From the sequence record NC_028925.1: a DNA stretch of 64,000 nucleotides, one strand, 5' to 3'. A program made the translations under genes and the position numbers. The notes under the pieces were generated by a model. It ran no database searches, was not told the origin of the DNA, and worked only from the letters and a program-made list of their open reading frames with translations. Source of the stretch: Escherichia phage vB_EcoM_VR25. Below are positions 10,309 to 19,418 of the stretch, one piece after another. Position 1 is the stretch's first letter. The number at the start of each line of letters is the position of its first letter.

Positions 10309-11592
10309 ATGCAAAAGATTAACGCACTAATTCACGAATCAACATTAACGGCGGCCAACCAGGTCGCCCGTCCTAATTTGCTTTCTTATACTCGGGCTAC
10401 GAATAAACGAATTTTTAAAGCTCTTGTGGCCGAACAGAAAACTACTCAGCCAGTCGCAGCGCTGTATGGCGTTCGTGTTCTGAACCCAGATGATAAAATG
10501 ACTTATCTTGGTGGAGCAACATTTGCAGGCCAGATTGGTATGTTCGAGCGTAAGAATATTCCAGAATTTACGAACAAAGACGAAGCTTATGCAGTCGGCA
10601 ACATGTTCCAGTTTGAAAGCATTGTATTCAAAGCTTTGGAAGCTTCTCCTTTTGCCGGGACCCTCGAAACTGATTTGGGTGAAGTTATTTCTGAAGCCAT
10701 TGCGGCTGGCCATATAAGAATGATGTCAGATGCGGCTTTCACTGATAAATTTGAACAAGGACATCCTGAAATTGCTGAAGCCGGTTTCCGTATTGATAAA
10801 TGGCAGACTGAAGTTAAATCCAGAAAACTGAAAACCTCTTTAACCGTTGAGCTTGCGCAAGACCTGGAAGCAAATGGTTTCGACGCAACAGATTTTATTG
10901 ATAATATCCTTGGTATTCAAATGGCAGAGGAAATTAATAAGGACGTACTGCAATCTTTAATTACCGTGAGTTCGCGTTTTAAAGTCCAGGGTGTTTCCGA
11001 AAAAGGTGTACTTAATCTTACTGATGCCGCTTATGATAATGCTCAGGACCGTGCTCGAACTCTGTATTATTATATGTGCGAAATGAATTCCGCAGTTCAA
11101 CGTCAGACTTCGTTCGCTGGTACATATGCAGTCGCTTCTTCCCGTTGTGCAGCTATTTTAGCAGCTTCTGGCTGGGTTGAGAAAAAGGAAGACCAAGATG
11201 AATTGGCCTATGGTGTTCTGAAGAACGGTTTGCCACTTTATGCAGATATGAATAGCCCGTGCGATTATGTTATTGTTGGTGTAAATGCTGATATGGGTGA
11301 AGGTCAGACAGTCGCATCTTTGTATTATGCGCCTTATACGGAAGGTCTTAGTGAAGTTGATGATGAGGGTGACACCTCGGTTGGGGAATTCAAGGTTATC
11401 GTTGACCCCGAAAGTTTACAGCCTACAGTTGCACTGTTAGCTCGTTATGCACTGACTGCAAACCCTTACACCGTTGCTAAAGACGATAAAGAAGCTCGCA
11501 TTATTGATGGAGCTGATATGGATAAGATGGCTAACCAAAGCCAATTGAGTTCTTATCTTGGTGTTAAACTTCCACCACTGGAAAAAGAATAA
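10309..11592 (+). CDS. Second, diverged gp24-like head vertex protein (tandem paralog)
   Basis: 427-aa ORF starting on the TAAATG junction; clearly homologous along full length to upstream gp24 (MQKINALIHESTLT..., shared C-terminal ANPYTVAKDDKEARIID). Confidence 0.88.
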   Translation: MQKINALIHESTLTAANQVARPNLLSYTRATNKRIFKALVAEQKTTQPVAALYGVRVLNPDDKMTYLGGATFAGQIGMFERKNIPEFTNKDEAYAVGNMFQFESIVFKALEASPFAGTLETDLGEVISEAIAAGHIRMMSDAAFTDKFEQGHPEIAEAGFRIDKWQTEVKSRKLKTSLTVELAQDLEANGFDATDFIDNILGIQMAEEINKDVLQSLITVSSRFKVQGVSEKGVLNLTDAAYDNAQDRARTLYYYMCEMNSAVQRQTSFAGTYAVASSRCAAILAASGWVEKKEDQDELAYGVLKNGLPLYADMNSPCDYVIVGVNADMGEGQTVASLYYAPYTEGLSEVDDEGDTSVGEFKVIVDPESLQPTVALLARYALTANPYTVAKDDKEARIIDGADMDKMANQSQLSSYLGVKLPPLEKE

Positions 11593-11612
11593 GGGCCTTG
11601 CGGCCCTTTTTA
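11593..11612. terminator. Bidirectional terminator between gp24 paralog and rnlB
   Basis: GGGCC-TTGC-GGCCC stem flanked by A-run and T-run. Confidence 0.7.
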
Positions 11613-12617
11613 TTAACTAATTAATGCAATCCAAACATGTCTTAATGTATCTCTTACATTTGCAATGAGTTGCTTTTTAACTTCAACAGGATTTTCCGTC
11701 TGGGTTAATTCAAGGCCTTCCCGACCTGCTTCTTCCAAAATATCTTGAACAGTCAAACCCATTACCTTTCCAAAATCCTTTGGCGTTACTTCCCCAATTT
11801 TACTGATAACATTGTTGATGCGGTTAACAGTCACATAATCAGTGAACTTCCATAAAATGTCCAGGTCTTCCTGGGACAACACAACAGCAGCCTTGATAGG
11901 CTTATCAGACTTTTTCTTTTCGCTGAATTTAGAGTTCTTACATTTAATCGCTACGCGCTCACCATTAGGTAACCAGGCCGGAGTATCAGGTTTAAGAACA
12001 TACCCTTCTGCAGTGAATACTTTACCTTCAACCTTTGCGTCAAAATCGGTGGTATTCGCGGTAGTCAAACCCGCATTATCTACTGTAAAATTGTAATCAG
12101 GAACCACAGAATCCAGGTCGTTAGGGAGCTTAATCAAGTCTTCAAAGCTACCCGTAGCCAGTCGTGGGGCAACCTTAAATTTATGGATAATACAGAAGGC
12201 TTCCATCAATGAATCAGTCAAAACAGATTCAGAGCCATCTTCCTTAGTAACGCGGATATCAAATACATAGAAATCTTTGTCACCATAATCAACATTCTTC
12301 TGGATACCCGCCCCGGCAAACTCACCATAAATTTGGTATGATTGATAATTAATATCCTGTAAAAGTCTCTGCACAGTTTTAATGGAATCTGCATAGTTCT
12401 TGAGTACAATTTCGTAGCCATAGAAATCTTCTGCAGGTAGGATAGGTCCAGTGCGTTTCGCACATGTCACATTGTCTTGTTCAATGATTAATGAAAAGTT
12501 GGTGCCATGAATTTTCTCACGCGCTACCCATTCACCGCTGGTGAAGCCTTGCAGGCGAATCTTTTCAATGAACTTGTTGTTATAGTGATTTTCAAGGCTG
12601 TTGTATTTCTTAAACAT
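11613..12617 (-). CDS. rnlB: RNA ligase 2
   Basis: 334-aa ORF; [13 protein letters not shown]...[10 protein letters not shown] (ligase lysine motif) matches remembered T4 Rnl2. Confidence 0.92.
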   Translation of the reverse strand: MFKKYNSLENHYNNKFIEKIRLQGFTSGEWVAREKIHGTNFSLIIEQDNVTCAKRTGPILPAEDFYGYEIVLKNYADSIKTVQRLLQDINYQSYQIYGEFAGAGIQKNVDYGDKDFYVFDIRVTKEDGSESVLTDSLMEAFCIIHKFKVAPRLATGSFEDLIKLPNDLDSVVPDYNFTVDNAGLTTANTTDFDAKVEGKVFTAEGYVLKPDTPAWLPNGERVAIKCKNSKFSEKKKSDKPIKAAVVLSQEDLDILWKFTDYVTVNRINNVISKIGEVTPKDFGKVMGLTVQDILEEAGREGLELTQTENPVEVKKQLIANVRDTLRHVWIALIS

Positions 12618-12714
12618 AATCTCTCACTTTTGATGTTATAAATATCATTATAAATTATACCCTCTATACTTTCTTTCTCTGAAAGGAATTAATCGTATCG
12701 GAAGGTCTAGAACC

Positions 12715-12742
12715 ATTATACCACAATTTTATTTGAAGCAAA
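12715..12742 (-). promoter_or_regulatory. Middle-type promoter (MotA-box-like TTTGCTTCA plus TATAAT) upstream of rnlB
   Basis: Minus-strand TATAAT at 12715-12720 and TGCTT box at 12734-12742; followed by GGTTCTAGACC box seen at other promoters. Confidence 0.4.
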
Positions 12743-12746
12743 AAGG

Positions 12747-13010
12747 TCAGAATTTTACATACAATGTTGGCTTGTTTTCTTGCCAATTATAATTCCAGGT
12801 AAATGATGTAAATTTTTCTGCCCGCAGAAAATCAGATATCTTTGTGCGGTTTCCTTCTTCATACTCTTTTTCAGAAACTGCCATATTAACAGCATCTTTG
12901 CCATTCTCGGCAGCGGCAATAGCCACTTTGCGAAATATAACAATAAAGTCATTTGCAACTTTATCTTGTGATTCTTTAGCCATTTGGCGTAGTTCTTCTG
13001 CGAATGTCAT
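12747..13010 (-). CDS. Hypothetical protein (T4 24.2-position)
   Basis: 87-aa ORF, position only. Confidence 0.6.
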   Translation of the reverse strand: MTFAEELRQMAKESQDKVANDFIVIFRKVAIAAAENGKDAVNMAVSEKEYEEGNRTKISDFLRAEKFTSFTWNYNWQENKPTLYVKF

Positions 13011-13210
13011 TTCTTCACCTTTTTGTTAAACAACCGCTTGCGGTATACGATTTTCTCTCGTGACTTGAACTTTTCTTTAGCTTGTTCAACATCAACCCAT
13101 GCCTTTGCCATTTCTTTAGCGGTCCCGCCTAATACCTTGGCGATTTCAATAAATGTCATACCAGTTTCATGCAGGAAATGTACTTTAACCTTATTCATAA
13201 CCATTCTCAT
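13007..13210 (-). CDS. Hypothetical protein (T4 24.3-position)
   Basis: 67-aa basic ORF overlapping downstream gene by 4 nt. Confidence 0.6.
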   Translation of the reverse strand: MRMVMNKVKVHFLHETGMTFIEIAKVLGGTAKEMAKAWVDVEQAKEKFKSREKIVYRKRLFNKKVKK

Positions 13211-13347
13211 GTTGAGTTAGTGAAGCTATCTTAACATGGAATTTTTAACTTGTAAACAGGAGTTTTATGCCAGATATTCTTGAACGTAAAGATTTACTTT
13301 ACAACCGCCACTACTTTAATAAATATTAAATTAATAACGGAGGATTT

Positions 13348-14928
13348 ATGACACAAACTACAGGTGAAAAAGAAGGCGTATTTTACGGTTATTCTCTTTA
13401 TGATTTGAATAAAGAAAAACTAATAACTTTTGATGAATTACTTACAGGTGTTCAAGGAGAGCCCGGAGAAAATGGCGATATTGGACCAAAAGGCCCTATT
13501 GGTTTAACAGGTCCTCAAGGACCGAAAGGTGATACCGGGTCAAAAGGTATTAAAGGTGATACCGGCCCTCAAGGTATTCAAGGGCCCGCTGGCCCACAAG
13601 GTCCTCAGGGAGAAAAGGGAGTCCAAGGTTTAGCTGGAGTCCAAGGCATTCAAGGACCAGTCGGCCACCAAGGAGTGAAAGGTGATACCGGCCCTCAAGG
13701 TATTCAAGGACCGAAAGGTGATACAGGTCCTCAAGGCCCACAAGGTGACAAAGGCGAAATGGGTCCGGTGGGTCCGGCTGGTCTAACATGGAAAGGAACA
13801 TGGGACGCTGATGTAGAGTATTCTATAAATGAGGCTGTCGGATATGGTGGTTCTTTATATTTCGCCAAAACAAAAGTTCCTAATGGCGAAATACCAACAC
13901 CGACTTCTAACTATTGGGGTGTTTTGGCTACCGAGGGTCCACAAGGTCCACAAGGTCAACAAGGTCTTAAAGGTGATACCGGTCCTCAAGGTATTCAAGG
14001 ACCTGTAGGGCCTGTAGGGCAGCAGGGTATTCAGGGACCAAGAGGACTTCAAGGGTCAGAAGGTGAAATAGGACCGCGGGGTATTCAAGGGCTAAAAGGC
14101 GAAACTGGGCCCGCTGGTCCACAGGGTATTCAAGGGCTAAAAGGCGAGGTGGGTGCTCAGGGTCCTTCTGGTTCTCCTGGACTTACAGGACCAGAAGGAC
14201 CTCGTGGGTTAACAGGCGAAGCTGGAGCTCAAGGACCTCGTGGTGCTATAGGTCCTATCGGTTTAACAGGTCCTATCGGTTTAACGGGTCCTCAAGGTAT
14301 TCAAGGTCCTAAAGGTGATACAGGTCCTCAAGGCTTACAAGGTCCTCAAGGCTTACGAGGTATTCAAGGAGCTCCTGGAGTAAAAGGAGAAGCGGGTGCA
14401 CAAGGTCCTATCGGTTTAACAGGTCCGAAAGGTGATACCGGTCCTCAAGGTATTCAAGGACCGAAAGGTGATACAGGAGCACAAGGTCCTATTGGTTTAA
14501 CTGGACCTAAAGGTGATACAGGCCCGAGCCCTTATACTGTTTATAATTATTCTAATGTTGCAACTGGTTATGCTGAAATGGTTATGCCTGGTGTGTCATC
14601 AAACACAGTATTTAGACTTCGTTCAGTTGGAACTAATATAGAATATAGTGTTCTAAGTAAAGGCGGAGCTAATAGATATGTAGATTGGCACTTTTCAATT
14701 CCAAGTGTTTCCGGCAATACAGTAAGTACTAATAGCGGAACTAATACATTAACTCCTACAGGTAATTTTACTATTGTGGCGACCGCTTATAATGGACTAA
14801 GGGGATTTACAATAACATTATGCGAGTGGGGTTCAAGAGCTATTGTTGATATCACTGTTTATCATCATGGGCGTTCGGGAGACACAACCAAAGCTGTGGC
14901 TATTCGTATGACTACTACAAAATACTAA
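13348..14928 (+). CDS. Collagen-like (Gly-X-Y repeat) protein with aromatic globular insert and C-terminal globular domain
   Basis: 526-aa ORF, GGAGGA RBS; two long uninterrupted G-X-Y blocks (about 13450-13790 and 13930-14525) separated by a W/Y-rich segment; about 135 aa non-collagen C-terminus. Confidence 0.85.
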   Translation: MTQTTGEKEGVFYGYSLYDLNKEKLITFDELLTGVQGEPGENGDIGPKGPIGLTGPQGPKGDTGSKGIKGDTGPQGIQGPAGPQGPQGEKGVQGLAGVQGIQGPVGHQGVKGDTGPQGIQGPKGDTGPQGPQGDKGEMGPVGPAGLTWKGTWDADVEYSINEAVGYGGSLYFAKTKVPNGEIPTPTSNYWGVLATEGPQGPQGQQGLKGDTGPQGIQGPVGPVGQQGIQGPRGLQGSEGEIGPRGIQGLKGETGPAGPQGIQGLKGEVGAQGPSGSPGLTGPEGPRGLTGEAGAQGPRGAIGPIGLTGPIGLTGPQGIQGPKGDTGPQGLQGPQGLRGIQGAPGVKGEAGAQGPIGLTGPKGDTGPQGIQGPKGDTGAQGPIGLTGPKGDTGPSPYTVYNYSNVATGYAEMVMPGVSSNTVFRLRSVGTNIEYSVLSKGGANRYVDWHFSIPSVSGNTVSTNSGTNTLTPTGNFTIVATAYNGLRGFTITLCEWGSRAIVDITVYHHGRSGDTTKAVAIRMTTTKY

Positions 14929-14937
14929 GGAGCTTTA

Positions 14938-15801
14938 ATGGAACCGGTTAAAGCTGTGTTAGAGCCTGATGTAATAGATGTGGAATATGGTAATACATAC
15001 TCGGCTACTGTAACTCTGTCTCCTATAGAAAATATTCCAGATGGTTCCGTGATAAGATATGATTGGGTTGTTAATAACAAGTTCGTTGGTACGGGTGAAG
15101 CTACTCGTACCACCCAACCATCTCAGACCGGAAATTATGTATTATCATGTAGAGTATTCATTACTCCGCCTAATGAAAATACTGTAATGATAACAACTAA
15201 TAAATCATATGGGTATGTATATAAAAATTCCGATACAAGTCCAGTAGATGCAGAAATATTATATGATAACAAGATATACCAAATAGGAAGCAAAGTTAGA
15301 TTATTAGCCGTTGCCAATAACCCAGATACCAACTTTGTTAAAGGTATTATATGGAAGGATGCTGATGGTAAGATAATAGGTATAGGTCGGGAATATATCC
15401 ATACAATGCAATCAGAGTATGATATAGTTCGAGCTAAAGTTACAATGGATTCGCCTATAAGAGATGAATTTAGTAAGAACTTTACTATACATTTGTACGC
15501 TATAAATGTTCAAGAAGGAACATGTATAAGATATATTCATCCTTTAGACCACAGGGATGCAGGATTTATCTGGTGTGGTTGGTGGGTTATGGATGAAATC
15601 CAACGAGCGATAAAACTTGGGCTGGATTGGAAAAATCCAAAAGAGCTAGATTTAAATTACAAGTGTGATTTAGAGACATTAGCGTTATTGCTCAAGACAT
15701 ATCCTGAAGCCGAAGTTCAAGAATCAAGACACGGATATATAATAACCAGACTACAAATTGAGACTGGCGAAATATATAAAAAACCATATGAAGTAAAATA
15801 A
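14938..15801 (+). CDS. Hoc-like capsid decoration protein (second hoc paralog)
   Basis: 287-aa ORF, AAGGAG RBS; C-terminal region (HPLDHR..IWCGWWVMDEIQ..YPEAEVQESRHGYII) shares the capsid-binding domain with the canonical Hoc downstream. Confidence 0.85.
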   Translation: MEPVKAVLEPDVIDVEYGNTYSATVTLSPIENIPDGSVIRYDWVVNNKFVGTGEATRTTQPSQTGNYVLSCRVFITPPNENTVMITTNKSYGYVYKNSDTSPVDAEILYDNKIYQIGSKVRLLAVANNPDTNFVKGIIWKDADGKIIGIGREYIHTMQSEYDIVRAKVTMDSPIRDEFSKNFTIHLYAINVQEGTCIRYIHPLDHRDAGFIWCGWWVMDEIQRAIKLGLDWKNPKELDLNYKCDLETLALLLKTYPEAEVQESRHGYIITRLQIETGEIYKKPYEVK

Positions 15802-15803
15802 AA

Positions 15804-15817
15804 GGGCCTTGCGGCCC
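15804..15817. terminator. Bidirectional terminator between convergent hoc-like and hoc genes
   Basis: GGGCC-TTGC-GGCCC stem with flanking A/T tracts. Confidence 0.65.
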
Positions 15818-15824
15818 TTTATCA

Positions 15825-16928
15825 TTAATAGACGTAATCGTATATAATACCAGCTTCCAATGCCGAACGGTGGACGATACGACCGTTACGAGATTCCTGT
15901 ACATCAACTTCCGGGTAATCACTAAGCATTTTGGCTAATACCGCCAGATGACAATAATATGGTGTATCCTCTTTAGTGGCTTTTTTCCAATCTGTACTTT
16001 CAGATGTTAATTTCTGAATAGCGTCCATAACCCACCAGCCACACCAAATATACGCAGTATTACGGACAGGAAGTGGATGTACATAAATTAAAGGGCATTC
16101 TTCTGGAATAACAGGCTCTGCTTCTTCCACAGTAACGGACTTAGTACCTGATTTAACTGAATTTGTAAAGCCTGTTTGTGATGCGGTAACTTCACAAGTA
16201 TATGTCTTCAAGCCTTCAGTGGATTCCGTTATTGCTCTTGTTGCTTCTGTTGAGTTGTCGTCCCATTTATATGCAAGAGTCGCACCAGGGATAGCAGGGG
16301 ACACAGAAGCTGTCAAATTGAATGGAACATCAACCGTTGCAGTAGACGGGCCTGAAATCTCAACAGTGAACTCAGGAAATGTATTGTTTTCGACCGTAAC
16401 AACTACTGCCTCAGGATTAATAACTTGATTGTCATAATCTGCCGCAGAAACGGTAATTTGGCAAGTTAAAGAAACTGGTCCTGCGTCAGTAGCAGCACGA
16501 GTAATATCTTTAGTAATTTCACCAGTAGACCACAAATATGCTATTGTAGCTCCACCGGGTTCACCTGTTACATTAGCCGAAGCGTTATATTCCTGACCAA
16601 CTTTAACAGTAGGAGTGGAAGTTGTTAATGTTGCTGTTGCAGCCATAGTCTTATTATTAACCGTAATGGTTGTTTGAGCCTCTGCCGTTTCAGGCTCTCC
16701 TTCTTCCGGCGTTGTGGTGGCAACAACTTTAATTACTTTTGAACCTGCTGGGCCAGCTGCAATATAATCCATAGTAGCAATAACAGAATCTTGTGGAACA
16801 TCATCAACGGTCCATACAAAAGATTCGGTACCAGCGACAGCGGCTCCAGCCCCAGTAGCAGTAAAATTAGTTGTTGCACCTATAACCGCTGTAGGTGTTA
16901 AAGGGGCAATTGATACAGTATAAGCCAT
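15825..16928 (-). CDS. hoc: Highly immunogenic outer capsid protein Hoc
   Basis: 367-aa ORF, Ser/Thr/Ala-rich Ig-like repeats plus C-terminal YVHPLP..YIWCGWWVMD..YPEVDVQESRNG motif as in T4 Hoc. Confidence 0.92.
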   Translation of the reverse strand: MAYTVSIAPLTPTAVIGATTNFTATGAGAAVAGTESFVWTVDDVPQDSVIATMDYIAAGPAGSKVIKVVATTTPEEGEPETAEAQTTITVNNKTMAATATLTTSTPTVKVGQEYNASANVTGEPGGATIAYLWSTGEITKDITRAATDAGPVSLTCQITVSAADYDNQVINPEAVVVTVENNTFPEFTVEISGPSTATVDVPFNLTASVSPAIPGATLAYKWDDNSTEATRAITESTEGLKTYTCEVTASQTGFTNSVKSGTKSVTVEEAEPVIPEECPLIYVHPLPVRNTAYIWCGWWVMDAIQKLTSESTDWKKATKEDTPYYCHLAVLAKMLSDYPEVDVQESRNGRIVHRSALEAGIIYDYVY

Positions 16929-16956
16929 AAAACCTCCAAGGGCCGAAGCCCTTTTG

Positions 16957-17637
16957 TTAATTTAAACGAATAAAAGATGAGTTACGTGTTTCACGAATAA
17001 GAATGGAACCGTCACGATTGATATAGTAAATCAAACTAAACAATGTTTGGTGTGCGCTTGCATGAGTAAAAGAAGTAGGGCGTTCTTTCCAGTCCGGGGT
17101 CTCTTTAATCCACTGGTAAATCCACCAAGGGAGAGTACAATATCCAGGAGCTTTGCCCAGCATAAGCAGATTGGGGCTAAAATTTTTAGGCAGTGTAAAT
17201 TTAGGAGTTTCAGCTTCGATGATTTGAGCGACAGCTTCTTCAAAGTCTTCGGAAACAAACGGCACTTCAATTTCAACGAGTTTAACTTCTGATTCAGGAA
17301 CAACTTCCTGGGTAACTTCGACTACTTCAACGGGTGCTTCTGGAGCATCAAACAAAAGAACAGCTTCAGGTTTAGCTGATTCTTCACCTTCAAACTTACC
17401 ACCTGATAATTCATCATCGGCATTAATAAGGTCGGTGATGCTTAAGCCTTCGTTATCGTCCGGCATAGGCATGTCAGCAAATGCTTGCAGCCCGGCTTCC
17501 AGGTCAATCAACATATTATCGAAAGTTTTTGTTTTCTTAACATCAACACCAAGCGATGATGCATATTCAGCTAATTTTTCTTTGGCTTCTTTTTTCTCGA
17601 GGACACGAATTTCCTCAATATAGTTCTTATCAATCAT
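16957..17637 (-). CDS. inh: Probable Inh (inhibitor of prohead protease)
   Basis: 226-aa ORF in the T4 inh slot between hoc and uvsW; assignment by position and size. Confidence 0.65.
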   Translation of the reverse strand: MIDKNYIEEIRVLEKKEAKEKLAEYASSLGVDVKKTKTFDNMLIDLEAGLQAFADMPMPDDNEGLSITDLINADDELSGGKFEGEESAKPEAVLLFDAPEAPVEVVEVTQEVVPESEVKLVEIEVPFVSEDFEEAVAQIIEAETPKFTLPKNFSPNLLMLGKAPGYCTLPWWIYQWIKETPDWKERPTSFTHASAHQTLFSLIYYINRDGSILIRETRNSSFIRLN

Positions 17638-17655
17638 AATGAACCTCGGTTATTG

Positions 17656-17663
17656 TATAAATA
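17656..17663 (+). promoter_or_regulatory. Late promoter box TATAAATA upstream of uvsW
   Basis: Exact TATAAATA about 28 nt upstream of the uvsW ATG. Confidence 0.55.
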
Positions 17664-17691
17664 TAGATATATTTATTACCTTGGAATCATC

Positions 17692-19191
17692 ATGGATATC
17701 AAAATCAACTTTTTAAATTTTAGTCATGTACATGTTGAATGTGAAGATAGTATCTTCTATGAACTCCGTGACTATTTCAGTTTTGAAGCCGAAAACTATC
17801 GGTTTAACCCTAAATTCAGAGCGGGAGTTTGGGACGGACGTATCCGTCTCCTGGATTATAACCGTAAATTACCGTACGGCTTAGTTAACCAGATTAAAAA
17901 ATTCGCTGACCAGTTTGGTTATTCATTTTGGATTGACCCTCAAATCACCGAGAAAGAGGAAATCTCCCGTGTGGATTTCGATAAATGGGTCGAGTCAAAA
18001 GAAATCTATTCAGGCCATACCAAGATTACTCCCCATTGGTACCAAACAGACGCCGTATACGACGGTCTGGTCAACAGAAGAAAGATATTGAACTTACCTA
18101 CGTCTGCAGGTAAAAGCCTCATCCAGGCGCTCCTGGCGCGATATTATCTCGAGAACTATGAAGGCAAGGTTCTTATCCTTGTACCTACAACCGCGCTCGT
18201 TGACCAGATGATTAACGATTTCGTCGATTACAGATTGTTCCCTCGAGAAGCCTGTCTCGGTATCCGCTCCGGAACTAAACGTGATTCGGATGCAATGATT
18301 TATGTGTCTACTTATCAGACGGCAGTAAAACAACCTAAAGAATGGTTTTCACAGTTCGGTCAGTTTATGAATGATGAATGTCATATGGCTACTGGTAAAT
18401 CCATTTCGACCGTTATCGAAGGCCTGACTAATTGTATGTTTAAATTTGGTCTCTCTGGTTCTCTCCGTGATGGCAAAGCAAACCTTATGCAATATATGGG
18501 TCTGTTTGGTGATATCTTTAAACCCGTATCCACATCCCAATTAATGGATGAAGGCCAAGTTACTGACCTTAAGATAAATAGTATTTTCCTTCGTTACCCT
18601 GATGAATTCACCATTAAAATGAAAGGCAAATCTTATCAAGATGAAATCAAGGTAATTACAAAAGCTACGCGTAGAAATAAATGGGTAACAAACCTTGCAC
18701 TCAAGCTTGCTAAAAAAGATGAAAACGTCTTTTTGATGTTTAAGAATATCGAGCACGGTAAATCGATGTTTGAAATGCTTAAGGAAGCTGGTCATGAGAA
18801 TGTGTATTATGTTTCCGGGGAAGTTGATACAGAAACACGTAACGCATTAAAGGTCATGGCAGAGAATGGAAAGGGAATTATCGTTGTAGCTTCATATGGT
18901 GTATTCTCGACGGGAATTTCCGTTAAAAACCTCCATCATATTATTTTCGCTCACCCGGTCAAGTCAAAGGTAATTGTACTCCAGACAATTGGTCGTGTAC
19001 TTCGAAAACATGAATCCAAATCGACCGCAAACGTGTGGGACATCGTGGACGATATGGGGGTCAAACCCAAATCAGCAAACGCTAAAAAGAAATATGTTCA
19101 CTTGAACTTTGCACTGAAACACGCATTAGAACGTATTCAGCGGTATGCAGACGAAAAATTCAATTATATCATTAAACAGGTGGAAATATAA
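17692..19191 (+). CDS. uvsW: UvsW DNA/RNA helicase
   Basis: Start moved to ATG at 17692 (MDIKINF..., matching T4 MDIKVHF); Walker A LPTSAGKS, DECH box; the 13 upstream codons of the track ORF overlap the promoter. Confidence 0.92.
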   Translation: MDIKINFLNFSHVHVECEDSIFYELRDYFSFEAENYRFNPKFRAGVWDGRIRLLDYNRKLPYGLVNQIKKFADQFGYSFWIDPQITEKEEISRVDFDKWVESKEIYSGHTKITPHWYQTDAVYDGLVNRRKILNLPTSAGKSLIQALLARYYLENYEGKVLILVPTTALVDQMINDFVDYRLFPREACLGIRSGTKRDSDAMIYVSTYQTAVKQPKEWFSQFGQFMNDECHMATGKSISTVIEGLTNCMFKFGLSGSLRDGKANLMQYMGLFGDIFKPVSTSQLMDEGQVTDLKINSIFLRYPDEFTIKMKGKSYQDEIKVITKATRRNKWVTNLALKLAKKDENVFLMFKNIEHGKSMFEMLKEAGHENVYYVSGEVDTETRNALKVMAENGKGIIVVASYGVFSTGISVKNLHHIIFAHPVKSKVIVLQTIGRVLRKHESKSTANVWDIVDDMGVKPKSANAKKKYVHLNFALKHALERIQRYADEKFNYIIKQVEI

Positions 19192-19418
19192 TGAAGTCAT
19201 TTGAAGAAATTATGTATGAAGCGGCAATTGAAAGCTTCATGTCTAAGATAGGTTCTTGTCAGACCATGGACGGTCTGAAGGAGCTGGAAGGTTATTATAA
19301 AAAGCGCAGCAAAGAAGCTGAATTGAAAGATTCCGATGATATCAGTGTTCGCGATGCTCTAGCGGGTAAACGTGCCGAGCTTGAGGATATGGACGACGAA
19401 GAAGACGAAGATTTCTAA
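19191..19418 (+). CDS. uvsW.1: UvsW.1-like small acidic protein
   Basis: 75-aa ORF coupled to uvsW stop; acidic C-terminus. Confidence 0.75.
   Translation: MKSFEEIMYEAAIESFMSKIGSCQTMDGLKELEGYYKKRSKEAELKDSDDISVRDALAGKRAELEDMDDEEDEDF

Noticed and set aside
13450-14525. Possible CRISPR-like or satellite repeat array
   Set aside because: The periodicity is the 9-nt/3-codon Gly-X-Y coding repeat of a continuous ORF, not spacer-repeat structure
16938-16956. GGGCCGAAGCCC hairpin between inh and hoc as a terminator
   Set aside because: On the transcribed (minus) strand it is followed by the hoc RBS rather than a clean U-tract, so it may instead be a translational or processing element; left unannotated
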